The position numbers were made by a program, and so were the translations under genes. Under the pieces are notes generated by a model. The model was not told where the DNA came from and searched no databases. It saw only the letters and a program-made list of their open reading frames with translations. 64,000 bases of DNA from an uncultured delta proteobacterium (GTDB lineage: Bacteria > Myxococcota > Myxococcia > Myxococcales > Anaeromyxobacteraceae). Shown here piece by piece: positions 20,618 to 30,148 of this stretch. Every line of letters begins with the position of its first letter. The stretch's first letter is position 1. Location of the stretch: contig CAWHDZ010000011.1 of NCBI GenBank assembly GCA_963828255.1, forward strand, positions 128,001-192,000, in the 5' to 3' direction.

Positions 20618-22129
20618 TCAGTCGAAGAGGCCGTGGAGCCAGAGCCGGCCGTCGCGCCCGTCGCGGTAGATCCAGGCCTCGCCCAGCCCCTCGAGCCGGG
20701 CCCGGTAGTAATCGCGATCGAAGGGCTCGTTCCACCACTCGCCGGCCAGCCGCTCGGGGCCGGAGAGGGAGAGGACGGCGCGGACCGCGCCCTCGACCCG
20801 GAGTGAAGTGAGCCGGCCGCCCTCCCCCAGCGCCACGACCGGGCGCGGCGGGTCGAGGAGGCGCGTGGGGCGTCCGGGGTGCGGCCCGGTCCCGGTCATC
20901 CGGCCGTTCCCCCGCCCGGCCCCCTCGTGGCGGAACGGGGCCACCCGGTAGGCCGCCTCCGGCCGGTGCCGGTCGGCCGACTCGGCCGCGAGGAGGGAGC
21001 CCTCCCCCAGCCGGGCCGCCAGGCGCGACAGCGCCACGTCGAGCGCGCGCGCCACCTCGGGCCGGTCGCCCACGGCGAGTTGCTCGGCAGGGACCTCGGC
21101 CGCCTCGACCACCGCGAGGTCGAGTGCGCGCACCGGCGCGGGGAGCCGCAGCCCGGCGAGCCGCTCCCGCAGCGGTGCCAGCCACAGGGCCGCGTCGGCG
21201 CCCGGCCGTGCCAGCGGCAGGTCCACCCGCTCCTCGCCGCGCGGGTCGAGGAAGAGGGTGAGCCGCAGCCGGCTCGCCCCCATGCCGCGCCCGGCGAGGC
21301 GCGCCGCCACCCGGTCGGCCAGCCGCTTGGCGGCGAAGAGCACCGGCTCGGCGCTCTCGAGCACCCCCACCTCGCCGTCGAGATCCCAGCGCTCGCGCGG
21401 GAAGGTCTCCGGCGCGAAGGGGACGAGCGGCCGGGGATCGACGCCACGGGCCAGCCGGGCGGCCACCGCGCCCGGCGCGCCGAAGCGGTGGGCGAGCGTC
21501 TCCGCCGGGAGCGCGGCCAGCGCGCCCACGCGCTCCACCCCCACCGCGGAGAGCCAGCGCACCACCTCGACCGGCAGGTCGAGCGCCTCGAGCGGCAGCG
21601 GGGCGAGCGCCCGCGCCCCCTCCCCCGGCGCCGCCCGCGTCCGCTCCCGGCCGGCGTGGCGGGCCAGCGAGAGCGCCACCCCCTTGCCGTCGGCCACCGC
21701 GAGCCACCCCTCGAAGCCCATGTCGCGGCAGAGGGCGAGCACCCGCTCCGCCAGCAGACGCTCCGCCTCCTCCGGCTCCTTGCCGGCGAGGCGCGCGCCG
21801 CCGGCGTCGAGGAGCACCGCGTCGGGGTGCGCCACCTCGACCACGGGCGACAGGGAGAGGAGCGCCTCGGCGAGCGCGCGCAGCGCGGCCCGGTCGGCGG
21901 CGGCGTCGAGCGGCACGGCCTCGAGCCCGGCGCAGGCGGCCCGCGCCTGCACCAGGGAGTCGCCCGGCCGGACCCCGGCGGTGAGGGCCTGGGCGGTGGC
22001 GTGGCGGACCTCCCCCTCCGAAACCACCGCGAGCGGGCCGGCCGGGGGGCGCGTCCGGAGCACCCGCTGCAGGGGCAGCGCCGGGACGACGACGGCGAGG
22101 ACGCGCGGAGGGCCCCGCTCAGGCGGCAT
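20618..22129 (-). CDS. imuB: ImuB, inactive Y-family polymerase
   Basis: Y-family-like N-terminus and C-terminal GPERLAGEWW...RDYYRA...WLHGLFD. Located between imuA and dnaE2. Confidence 0.9.
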   Translation of the reverse strand: MPPERGPPRVLAVVVPALPLQRVLRTRPPAGPLAVVSEGEVRHATAQALTAGVRPGDSLVQARAACAGLEAVPLDAAADRAALRALAEALLSLSPVVEVAHPDAVLLDAGGARLAGKEPEEAERLLAERVLALCRDMGFEGWLAVADGKGVALSLARHAGRERTRAAPGEGARALAPLPLEALDLPVEVVRWLSAVGVERVGALAALPAETLAHRFGAPGAVAARLARGVDPRPLVPFAPETFPRERWDLDGEVGVLESAEPVLFAAKRLADRVAARLAGRGMGASRLRLTLFLDPRGEERVDLPLARPGADAALWLAPLRERLAGLRLPAPVRALDLAVVEAAEVPAEQLAVGDRPEVARALDVALSRLAARLGEGSLLAAESADRHRPEAAYRVAPFRHEGAGRGNGRMTGTGPHPGRPTRLLDPPRPVVALGEGGRLTSLRVEGAVRAVLSLSGPERLAGEWWNEPFDRDYYRARLEGLGEAWIYRDGRDGRLWLHGLFD

Positions 22130-22721
22130 GGCCGTCCTCCGCGGGACGCAGGGCGTCCAGGTCGATCCGGATCGCCGCCGGGATGGCCGGGTCGCCCGGC
22201 CCGGAGAGCAGGAGCGCCGCCGCCCCGCCCTTCTCGGCCGCCGCCCGCAGCCGGCGGAGCACGGGCTCGGCGCGCGACGCGGGAACCCCGCGCAGGGGGA
22301 CGTCGACGACGACGGCGGGGAAGGCCCCGCTCGCCAGCAGGACCTCGGCGGCCCAGAGGCCGGGGAGCAGCGCGCCCCGCGCCGGATCGGGCCGGACGAT
22401 GAGGAGCCGCGCCAGGTTCACACCCAGTGCAAGCGCAGCCGGCGGGTAGAGCTCGCTCCGGCCGTCCACGAAGGCGGCCAGGCCGCCCCCGGCCTGCGCC
22501 TCCCGCAGCACCGCGAGGGCCACTCCGGTCTTGCCGCTGGCCGGACCGCCGCACAGCGAGGAGAGGGACCCGCGTGGGAAGCCTCCGCCGGGGAGCAGCG
22601 CCTCCACCTCGGGACGGCCGCAGGCGAGCACCCCCTCGCGACGCCCCGGCCGCCGCTCCATGCGGCGGATCTGGCTGCGAAGCTCCTCGAGGACTTCCTG
22701 CTGGCGGGTGGCGTTGCCCAT
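22119..22721 (-). CDS. imuA: ImuA, RecA-like protein
   Basis: LLPGGGFPRG, GGPASGKT and AFVDG...LYPPA. First gene of the mutasome cassette. Confidence 0.88.
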   Translation of the reverse strand: MGNATRQQEVLEELRSQIRRMERRPGRREGVLACGRPEVEALLPGGGFPRGSLSSLCGGPASGKTGVALAVLREAQAGGGLAAFVDGRSELYPPAALALGVNLARLLIVRPDPARGALLPGLWAAEVLLASGAFPAVVVDVPLRGVPASRAEPVLRRLRAAAEKGGAAALLLSGPGDPAIPAAIRIDLDALRPAEDGHAA

Positions 22722-22730
22722 GGCTCACGT

Positions 22731-22758
22731 CCTGAACGATACTGCTCGTTCGTTCAGG
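22731..22758. promoter_or_regulatory. Probable LexA (SOS) operator upstream of imuA
   Basis: Inverted repeat CCTGAACGA-N10-TCGTTCAGG. 22742-22758 (CTGCTCGTTCGTTCAGG) matches the myxobacterial LexA consensus CTRHAMRYBYGTTCAGS with one mismatch. Confidence 0.7.
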
Positions 22759-22767
22759 TAGCAAGCG

Positions 22768-22829
22768 GGGCTGACATTGCAGCGCCGGCTTCAGCCGGCG
22801 CAAGAACCACCCACGGAACCGCTTCGTTC
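22768..22829 (+). repeat. REP-like palindrome, copy 3 (left arm of an extended direct repeat)
   Basis: GGGCTGACAT...CAGCGCCGGCTTCAGCCGGCGCAAGAACCACCCACGGAACCGCTTCGTTC. Confidence 0.85.
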
Positions 22830-22845
22830 TTCGTAGACTCCATCC

Positions 22846-23223
22846 GTGGCCGGCATCGGAGACCTGGGCCCCTACTGGAAGGCGATCGCCCGCGGCCACC
22901 ACTTCCGCCTCCAGGCGGTCGCCCGCGAGCCGCGCACGGCGGCCATCTCCCGGCTGGAGGAGGCCGTGCAGCGGCATGGGGGATTCATCCTCGACTTCAA
23001 GGCGTTCAGCGACCTCTCGCTGAACCTCCTCGTGGAGTCGAGCGGGAGCGGGCTGGTCGCGCTGGTGGACTCCCTCGTCGCGCTCGGCTGGCCGGTCGAG
23101 GTGGAGCCGGGTCGTGAGGCCCTGGGCGCGCGAGCGGCCGAGCGGCTGGAGGGCACCGTCCAGCTGACCTTCCCGGAGGGAGGCGGTGCGCTGGCCCACC
23201 CGCAGCCGGCCGTACCGGGCTGA
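22846..23223 (+). CDS. Hypothetical protein (possible ACT-like fold)
   Basis: GC3-rich 125-aa frame with an alternating beta-alpha-beta-beta-alpha-beta pattern. Bracketed by direct repeats. Confidence 0.7.
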   Translation: MAGIGDLGPYWKAIARGHHFRLQAVAREPRTAAISRLEEAVQRHGGFILDFKAFSDLSLNLLVESSGSGLVALVDSLVALGWPVEVEPGREALGARAAERLEGTVQLTFPEGGGALAHPQPAVPG

Positions 23224-23281
23224 CATCGCCACAGCGCCGGCTTCAGCCGGCGCAAGAGCCACCCACGGAACCGTTTCGTTC
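23217..23281 (+). repeat. REP-like palindrome, copy 4 (right arm of an extended direct repeat)
   Basis: 23232-23281 matches 22780-22829 at 48 of 50 positions. Both are preceded by GGGCTGACAT. Confidence 0.85.
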
Positions 23282-23344
23282 GAACCACGACACGGGTGTC
23301 GCGGTTCACCAGTTGAACCCCTCCATGGAGGCATCGCGTCGCGG

Positions 23345-23743
23345 CTACCCCACCCCGCTCTGCTGCTGCCCCTTCCCCTTCTGCTCCTCCGCGGCGATCT
23401 CCGCCCGCACCTTGTCCATGTCGAGGTCGCGGGCCTTCTGGATGAGTTCCTCCAGCGCCGCCTCGGGCAGAGCGCCCGGCTGGGAGAAGAGCAGGATCTT
23501 GTCGCGGAGGATCATGAGCGTCGGGATCGACATGATCTGGAAGGACCCAGCCAGCCCCTGCTGGTCCTCGGTGTTCACCTTGGCGAAGGTGACGTCCGGG
23601 TGGCGCCCTGCGACCTTCTCGTAGGTGGGGCCGAAGGAGCGGCAGGGGCCGCACCAGGGCGCCCACCAGTCCACGAGGACGAGCCCGTCCTTCTCCACGA
23701 CCTCCTTGAAATTCGCCTCGGTCACTTCAACGGTGGGCTTCAT
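23345..23743 (-). CDS. trxA: Thioredoxin
   Basis: DWWAPWCGPC, KVNTE and SIPTL. Confidence 0.92.
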   Translation of the reverse strand: MKPTVEVTEANFKEVVEKDGLVLVDWWAPWCGPCRSFGPTYEKVAGRHPDVTFAKVNTEDQQGLAGSFQIMSIPTLMILRDKILLFSQPGALPEAALEELIQKARDLDMDKVRAEIAAEEQKGKGQQQSGVG

Positions 23744-23885
23744 CTTTCGTTCCTCGGTGGCGGCGCCGTCCATCGGCGCGTTGGCCTCTCTCTCCCGAGA
23801 GCCGTAACCGCGCCAGAGGGTTCGCGCCACGCGGGCGCCACACGGCGCCTTGACGCCGCGCGCCCCCCGGCCCCAAGGTTCTGCC

Positions 23886-24203
23886 ATGGAAGGACGCAGC
23901 CCCAGGGGACGACGCAGGACGCTCGCCAGCGTGGTGGCCGAGTCGCTCGCGCGCCGCTCCGAGGCCCGCCGGCCGGCTGCCGCAGCGGCCTTCGCCGAGG
24001 CCTGCGGGTGGCCGCTCTCCCGGGAGTTCACCGTGCGCGGGCTCGGGCCCGACGGCCACCTCTGGGTGGTGGCGTCGTCGCCGGAGTGGGCCCGTCAGGT
24101 GGAGGAGCTCTCCGCCGCGATCGTGTCCCGGATGAACGACCGGCTCGGCCGCCCGGTCGTCACCGCACTCGACGTGCGGGTCCGGCAGGCCCGGAAGGGA
24201 TGA
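23886..24203 (+). CDS. DUF721/DciA-family protein
   Basis: The pattern L-W-V-V-A-S-S-P-E-W-A...I..R.N..LG...V..L.VRV is typical of DUF721. Confidence 0.7.
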   Translation: MEGRSPRGRRRTLASVVAESLARRSEARRPAAAAAFAEACGWPLSREFTVRGLGPDGHLWVVASSPEWARQVEELSAAIVSRMNDRLGRPVVTALDVRVRQARKG

Positions 24204-25390
24204 CCGCCGCCGCCGCGTCGGTGATGCTCCTCGCCGCGCTCGGTCAGGCGCCGGCGTCGTCCGTGGCGCCGGCGCTTTCCCCGCTCGAGGCGGCCACCCT
24301 GGCGAAGGTCCGGGCGGCGCTGCGGCAGCGCACCGTGCCGGCGCTGTCGGAGGCGCTCGTGCAGGCCGCCCGGGCGCTGGCCCGCTCGGCCTCCCGGGGC
24401 GACCCGCACCCCCTCTCCTCCGCCGCGCTGCGGGCCGCGCTCGGGGAGGCCGGCGTCACCGACCCGTCCCCGGCCGCCGTCCTGCTCGCCGCCGGCGTCG
24501 GCTCCCTGCCCGAGGCCGTCGCCGCCGCCGCCCATTTCCGGGGCGCCACCCACCTGGGGATCGGGGTGGTGGTGGAGGAGCAGCTCGCCTGGGCGGTGCT
24601 GCTCGCCTCGGAGCGGCGGGCCGATCTCGACCCCTTCCCGCGCCGCGTGTCGCCGGGTTCCCGCGCGGTGCTCGGCGGGCTTCTGCTCCAGCTCGACGGT
24701 CCCCGGGCCTGGGTCGCCACGCCGTCCGGCGCCGCCTTCGAGATCCCGGTCGAGGCGGAAGGGCGACGGTTCCGGGCGCCGGTCCGCTTCGACCAGGCCG
24801 GGACCTGGCGGATCGAGGTGGGCGGGTCGGGCGCGCGCGGGGCGGCGGTGGCCGCCATCCTGGAGGTCTCCTGCGGCGACGGCGCGACGGACGCGCCGCC
24901 GGGTGGAACCCCGGGCACGCCAGGATCCGGCCCGCCCGGATCCGACCCGGCGGAACGCGGCGACGAGGCCAGCATCCGCGCCGCCGTGAACGGGCTGCGG
25001 GCGCGCCAGGGGCTCGACCCACTCCAGGGGTCGTCCGCGCTCGACGAGCAGGCCAGGAACCACAGCCAGGCCATGCTCGCCGCCGGGACGGTGGCCCACC
25101 TGCTCCCGGGAGGCGGCGACCTCCCGGCGCGGGTCGCCGGGTCCCTGGTGCGCTTCCGATCGGCGCGGGAGAACGTGGCCCGCGGGGACGGCGCGCTCGA
25201 CGCCCACCGGGCCACGGTGGAGAGCCCGGCGCACCTCGCCAACCTGCTTGCACCAGGGGTGAAACTGATGGGACTGGGGATCGCCCGCGGAGCCCTGCCC
25301 GGCGGCCAGCCGGTGGTCTACCTCACGGAGATCCTGGTCGAGCCGCTCGACCCCGTCCCGGCCGGCGCGTCGCCGACCGGGGAGCGCTGA
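24200..25390 (+). CDS. CAP (SCP)-domain secreted protein
   Basis: Signal-like N-terminus. C-terminal VNGLRARQGLDPL, ARNHSQAM, ENVA and SPAHLANLL. Confidence 0.85.
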   Translation: MTAAAASVMLLAALGQAPASSVAPALSPLEAATLAKVRAALRQRTVPALSEALVQAARALARSASRGDPHPLSSAALRAALGEAGVTDPSPAAVLLAAGVGSLPEAVAAAAHFRGATHLGIGVVVEEQLAWAVLLASERRADLDPFPRRVSPGSRAVLGGLLLQLDGPRAWVATPSGAAFEIPVEAEGRRFRAPVRFDQAGTWRIEVGGSGARGAAVAAILEVSCGDGATDAPPGGTPGTPGSGPPGSDPAERGDEASIRAAVNGLRARQGLDPLQGSSALDEQARNHSQAMLAAGTVAHLLPGGGDLPARVAGSLVRFRSARENVARGDGALDAHRATVESPAHLANLLAPGVKLMGLGIARGALPGGQPVVYLTEILVEPLDPVPAGASPTGER

Positions 25391-25396
25391 GGCCGG

Positions 25397-25621
25397 CTAG
25401 GCCATCCGGCGCTGCGTCGCGTAGTTCTCGATGCTCGCCTCGATCTGCGGCTGGATGGCGAAGAGGGTGCAGCGCGTGCAGGTCCAGCTGTTCCAGGACC
25501 GCTTCACCGCCTCGTCGAGGCAGGAGTCGTAGTTGCCGCAGAAGAGGTTCCGGTGCCCTTCGACACCCCTCTCCGGATTGATGGGGGAGTTGAGCTCGGC
25601 GGGGGTTGGCTTGCTGAACAA
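25397..25621 (-). CDS. Small Cys-rich hypothetical protein (74 aa)
   Basis: AGGAG RBS followed by TTG. HRNLFCGNYDSCLDEAVKRSWNSWTCTRC. Strong GC3 bias appears only in this part of the long shadow ORF. Confidence 0.75.
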   Translation of the reverse strand: MFSKPTPAELNSPINPERGVEGHRNLFCGNYDSCLDEAVKRSWNSWTCTRCTLFAIQPQIEASIENYATQRRMA

Positions 25622-25790
25622 GGCGTTCTCCTGACCGTGAGCGTCGCTTAATGTTTCCTTCAAGGAATCGGGGCGTTTATGCCTGCCCGCGTCGCAGCGT
25701 GTCAACCCCCCGGCGCCGCACGATTTGCCGGTATGTGAAGAAACGTATTTGCCTGTAAGTCTCATCGGTTGTGGCATCATCCGGCTCGTT

Positions 25791-27938
25791 TTGCGCACCC
25801 CTTTCGTGACCATCTTGCTTTTACTTTGCGTCACGGCGCCAGCCTCGGCCCAGACGCCCTTCACCGGCTGGGCCGAAGGCGCCGGCGCCGCGGCCCTGGC
25901 CATCGCCGCGGGGGACCCGGCGGAGGCGCTGCGGGCCTCCCGATCGGCCTCGTCCCATGTCACCTCGGGTGAAGCCGGCGCGCGGGCCCGGCTCCTCTCC
26001 GCCCGCGCCCTCGAGCTCGGCCGCCGCCCCGCCGAGGCCGCGGACGAGCTGGCAGCGGCCCTTCCTTCACTACCCGTCATGCTCGTCCCGGCCGCGCGGG
26101 CCCGCCGCGCCACCGTGCTTTCCGCCGCCGGACGCCCCGCCGAGGCGGCCACCGCCTTCGCGCTCGCCGCGGAGGGGGCCGAGCCGGCCGACCGGCCCGC
26201 GCTGGCCATCGCCGAGGCCCGGGCCTGGCTCGAGGCCGGCGAGCCCCGGGAGGCCGCCCGCGCCGCCGCGGGCGGAGGGAGCGACCCCGCCGCGCGGCTC
26301 CTGCTGGCCCGCGCCTGGGCGTCGCTCGGCGACCCGCGCGCCCCCGCCGCGCTGCGCGCCGTGGCGCTCGAGCGGGTGGGCGAGCCCGAAGGCGAGGAGG
26401 CCGCCCGGGCGCTGCTCGCTTCCTGGCCCGGGGTCCTCACCGTCGAGGACCGCATCGACCGGGCGCGACGCCTCCTCGCCTCCTCCAGGACCGCGGCGGC
26501 CCTCGCCGAGATCGACGCCCTCGATCCGCTGGCCGGTCCCGCTCCCCTCCTCGCCGTCCTGCGGGCCATGGCGTATCTACAATCCCGGCTCCCCGCCGAG
26601 GCCGAGGCGATCGCCGCACCGGTGGCGCGCCTCCCCGGACCGGGCGAGCCGGCCGCGGCCCGCTACGTCCTCGCCCGCGCCGCCGCGCGGCAGGGGCGCA
26701 TCGACGAGGCCGTCACCCGCTACCGGCAGGTCGCCCGGGAGCGGCCCGTCGTCCCCGGGCTCACCGCCGCCCAGCAGGCGGATCTCCCCGACGACGCCGC
26801 CTTCCTGGCCGCCTGGCTCCCCTACGACGCCGGGCGATATGCGGAGGTGGCCCGCTCCCTCCGCGGTTTCGTCCGGGAGCGACCCTGGGCGCACCGCGCC
26901 TCCGACGCCCGGTGGTTCCTGGCCTGGACCCTCCTCCGGTCCGGAGACCGCCCGGCGGCGCGCAAGGAACTCGCGGAGCTCGCGGCCAGGGAGACGGGCC
27001 ACCTGCGCGCGGCGGCGCTCTACTGGACGGCGCGCATCGACCCCGACCCCGGGAGGTCGGCCGCTGCCTACCTCGCCGCCGCCTCCGAGGTGCCCGACGG
27101 CTGGTACGCCCTCCTCGCGGCATACCGCCTCGCGCAGCTCTCGGTCACCCTCCCCGGGCCGGACCCCCTCCCGCCGTCGCCCCTTCCCGACCCGCCAGAG
27201 GGATCCCGCGCCGGCCAGGCCCTGTCACTCGCCGTCGATCTCTCCGGGGCCGGGCTCCGCGAGGAATCGGCCGCCCTGCTCCAGCGCCTCTCCCGCGCCC
27301 CAGACGTCCGGTCCCGGGCCTCGCTCCTCGCCGAGGTGGCCGCCTTCACCGGCGACCCGGAGATCCCCTTCCGGATGGCCCGCGACCACCTCCCGCCCGG
27401 GATCCGGGCCCGGCGCTGGGCCTACCCCGACGCCCACGCCGACCTTCTCCGGCCAGCCGCGCTGCGGCTGGGCGTGGACCCCGCGCTGGCGCTCGCGGTG
27501 ATGCGGCGCGAGTCGGCCTTCCTGGCCTCGGTCCGGAGCGGCGCCGGCGCCGAGGGGCTCCTCCAGCTCCGGCCGGCCACCGCGGACCGCCTGAGCGCCA
27601 TCCTCGGCCTTTCACCCGACGTGGACCTCGCCGATCCCGGCCAGAACGTCCCGCTGGGGCTCGCCTACCTGGGGATCCTGGCCGACCGGTTCGCCTCGCC
27701 GGCCCAGGTCCTGGCCGCCTACAACGCCGGGCCCACCGCCGCGGCCGGCTGGTCCCGCTCCCGCGCCGGGATGCCGCTCGACGAGTGGGTGGAGGAGATC
27801 CCGTACCGGGAGACGCGCCGGTACGTCCGGTCGGTGCTGGCCGACTGGGCGCGGTACCGCAGCCTGGACGGCAGGACCCCGCCGCCCCTCGACCCCGCCG
27901 CCCCGATCACCCCACCGGCGGCAGGAGTGGCGTTCTAG
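25791..27938 (+). CDS. Soluble lytic murein transglycosylase with TPR-like repeats
   Basis: Signal peptide and helical repeats, then the SLT motifs AVMRRESAF, GLLQL, AAYNAG and IPYRETRRYV. Start uncertain. Confidence 0.88.
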   Translation: MRTPFVTILLLLCVTAPASAQTPFTGWAEGAGAAALAIAAGDPAEALRASRSASSHVTSGEAGARARLLSARALELGRRPAEAADELAAALPSLPVMLVPAARARRATVLSAAGRPAEAATAFALAAEGAEPADRPALAIAEARAWLEAGEPREAARAAAGGGSDPAARLLLARAWASLGDPRAPAALRAVALERVGEPEGEEAARALLASWPGVLTVEDRIDRARRLLASSRTAAALAEIDALDPLAGPAPLLAVLRAMAYLQSRLPAEAEAIAAPVARLPGPGEPAAARYVLARAAARQGRIDEAVTRYRQVARERPVVPGLTAAQQADLPDDAAFLAAWLPYDAGRYAEVARSLRGFVRERPWAHRASDARWFLAWTLLRSGDRPAARKELAELAARETGHLRAAALYWTARIDPDPGRSAAAYLAAASEVPDGWYALLAAYRLAQLSVTLPGPDPLPPSPLPDPPEGSRAGQALSLAVDLSGAGLREESAALLQRLSRAPDVRSRASLLAEVAAFTGDPEIPFRMARDHLPPGIRARRWAYPDAHADLLRPAALRLGVDPALALAVMRRESAFLASVRSGAGAEGLLQLRPATADRLSAILGLSPDVDLADPGQNVPLGLAYLGILADRFASPAQVLAAYNAGPTAAAGWSRSRAGMPLDEWVEEIPYRETRRYVRSVLADWARYRSLDGRTPPPLDPAAPITPPAAGVAF

Positions 27939-28807
27939 GCCCGCTCCTGCGGGGCGTTCATCACCCCGAGGATGGCCGGGCCCGCCTTGTCCATCACCCG
28001 CGGTGTGATCCCGGGAATGGAGCGGATGGCGGACTCCTCGCGGGGCCGGAGCCTGGCCAGGAGGACGAGCGCCGTCTCCGGGATCACCTTGAAGGGTGGC
28101 TTGTCGATCTCCGACGAGAGCTCCTCGCGGGCGATCCAGAGCGCGCGCAGGACCTTCTTCCCGTCGGCGTCGAGCTCCCGGGCGCCCTTCAGCTTGCGGA
28201 AGCCCTCCGGGTCGAAGACCCGGGCGTGGGCGCGGGCCGCGGCGATGCGGTCGAACTCCCGCCGGGCCTCGTCGGCCGCGCCACCCTGGGCCAGCCCGGC
28301 CGAGAGGATGTCGTGGAGCGGGAGCAGGAAGTGGGTGTCGAGGGCCGCGTAGCGGAGCTGGGCGGCGGTGAGCGGCCGCCGGCCCCAGTCGGCGCGCTGG
28401 TGCTCCTTGGTGAGCCGGACGCCGAAGTGGGCCTGGACCAGCGCCGCAAGCCCCAGTTCCTTCGAGCCCAGCCTGCGCGCCGCGATCATGGTGTCGAAGA
28501 TCCGCCCCAGGTCCCATCCGAACTCGCGCCGCAGGCAGCGCACGTCGTAGTCGGCGCCGTGGAGGACCAGTTCCCGCTCCCCCCCCAGCACGGCCCCGAG
28601 GGGCCGGACGTCCACGGCGATGGGGTCCACGATGAAGTCGGCGCCGGCGATGGAGATCTGCATCAGGCAGACCCGCTCCCGGTAGGCGTGGAAGCTGTTC
28701 GACTCGGTGTCGAGCGCCACCCGCGGCTCTCCCTCGAGCCTCCGCGCCAGCGCCTCGATGGCTGCGGCGTCGGCGACGTAGGTCGGCGTGGGGGCGGGCC
28801 CGGACAT
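27935..28807 (-). CDS. rnd: Ribonuclease D-like 3'-5' exonuclease with HRDC domain
   Basis: ALDTE, HGADYD, IFDTMIAA, DWGRRPL and YAALDT. HRDC segment DKPPFKVI. Confidence 0.88.
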   Translation of the reverse strand: MSGPAPTPTYVADAAAIEALARRLEGEPRVALDTESNSFHAYRERVCLMQISIAGADFIVDPIAVDVRPLGAVLGGERELVLHGADYDVRCLRREFGWDLGRIFDTMIAARRLGSKELGLAALVQAHFGVRLTKEHQRADWGRRPLTAAQLRYAALDTHFLLPLHDILSAGLAQGGAADEARREFDRIAAARAHARVFDPEGFRKLKGARELDADGKKVLRALWIAREELSSEIDKPPFKVIPETALVLLARLRPREESAIRSIPGITPRVMDKAGPAILGVMNAPQERA

Positions 28808-28879
28808 GCGGACCTCATACCCCATCACCAGGGGATGCGCAGGCCCATTCCCGTCCCAACGAAGGTATCATCCGAGCCG

Positions 28880-29668
28880 ATGAGGGCGCGCATCCGCGGC
28901 TGGCTGACGACGATCTACGCCGCCCTCTTCATGGCGCTCTTCTTCTTCTCCTCCCTGCCGGTCATGCTGGTGACCCGCTCGGGCGACCTCCCCATGTGGT
29001 TCGCGCGCAAGGCCTGGGGCCCCTGGGGTCTCTGGATCGCCGGCGTGGACTTCCAGGTCGTGCGGACCGCACCCTTGCCCGACGGACCGGCCATCTACGC
29101 GGCCAACCACGCGAGCGCCCTCGACATCTGGGCGGCGGTGGCCGCCATCCCCCGCGGCGTCCGCTTCGTGGCCAAGGCCGAGGTGTTCCGCTGGCCGGTC
29201 TTCGGCTGGTACATGACGCTCGGGGGTCACATCCCCGTCGATCGCAGGGACCACACGCGTGCGGTGGCCTCCCTGGCGCGTGCGGCCGCGCGGGTCCGGG
29301 CCGGGACGAGCCTCATCGTCTTCCCCGAGGGTACGCGCAGCCGCGACAACCTGGTCCACGCCTTCAAGAAGGGGCCCTTCGCCATCGCCACACAGGCCGG
29401 CGTCCCGGTGGTTCCCCTGGCCATCACCGGCGCCGGGAAGGTGACCCCGAAGGACCTGCTCCACGTCCACCCCGGTCCGGTCCGCGTCACCTTCGGACGG
29501 CCGGTCACCGCGGCGGAGTTCCCCGGCCGGGACGCGCTGCTCCGCGAGGTGAGGCGCCAGATCATCGAGATGGACCGCGCTGCGGGGGGACCCGGCGGCG
29601 CCGACGAGCCGGCGGTCGCCGCACGCGGCTTCGAGGGAGACGTTGGCGACGCACCGGACGGACGGTAA
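28880..29668 (+). CDS. plsC: 1-acyl-sn-glycerol-3-phosphate acyltransferase
   Basis: NHASALD, FVAKAE and FPEGTRS. Confidence 0.9.
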   Translation: MRARIRGWLTTIYAALFMALFFFSSLPVMLVTRSGDLPMWFARKAWGPWGLWIAGVDFQVVRTAPLPDGPAIYAANHASALDIWAAVAAIPRGVRFVAKAEVFRWPVFGWYMTLGGHIPVDRRDHTRAVASLARAAARVRAGTSLIVFPEGTRSRDNLVHAFKKGPFAIATQAGVPVVPLAITGAGKVTPKDLLHVHPGPVRVTFGRPVTAAEFPGRDALLREVRRQIIEMDRAAGGPGGADEPAVAARGFEGDVGDAPDGR

Positions 29669-29677
29669 GCTCCCTCC

Positions 29678-30148
29678 ATGGGTGAACGAGACAGGCGCGT
29701 GCCGGACCTGGTCGAGGGAGCGCTCGACCAGGGGCGCCGCGCGGCGTCGGGCCTGATCGACGGGTTCCGCAAGGCCGGACGCTGGCAGAAGGCGCGCCTC
29801 GGGATCCTGGGCGGCTGGCTCGGCGCCTCGTTCATCGCCCTGTGGATCGCCTGCCCCTCGTCGGGTCCGGGCAACTCCATCGGCGCCGACGTCCACGTGC
29901 TCAAGGACTCGCTGCTGGGTGGCCAGCAGATCCTGGTGCGCAACGAGTCGGACGAGGTCTGGACCGACGTGGTGCTCACCCTCGACCGGACCTGGCGAAT
30001 CGAGCAGCGGGCCTTGCGCCCCCGGGAGCAGGTGGTGCTCTCCCCGGCCCAGTTCGAGCGCGCCGGAGAGCCCGCTCCCCGCGACCTGCGCCCGAAGCGG
30101 CTCGACGTGGCCTGCCAGCAGGGCAAGGCCGGCTTCGACCTGCGCTAG
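29678..30148 (+). CDS. Membrane-anchored hypothetical protein
   Basis: One TM segment followed by a beta-rich domain. GC3-rich frame. Confidence 0.7.
   Translation: MGERDRRVPDLVEGALDQGRRAASGLIDGFRKAGRWQKARLGILGGWLGASFIALWIACPSSGPGNSIGADVHVLKDSLLGGQQILVRNESDEVWTDVVLTLDRTWRIEQRALRPREQVVLSPAQFERAGEPAPRDLRPKRLDVACQQGKAGFDLR

Noticed and set aside
22768..23281. Integron attC sites
   Set aside because: GGCTGAC only loosely resembles RYYYAAC, there is no complementary GTTRRRY end, and no integrase lies in the window.
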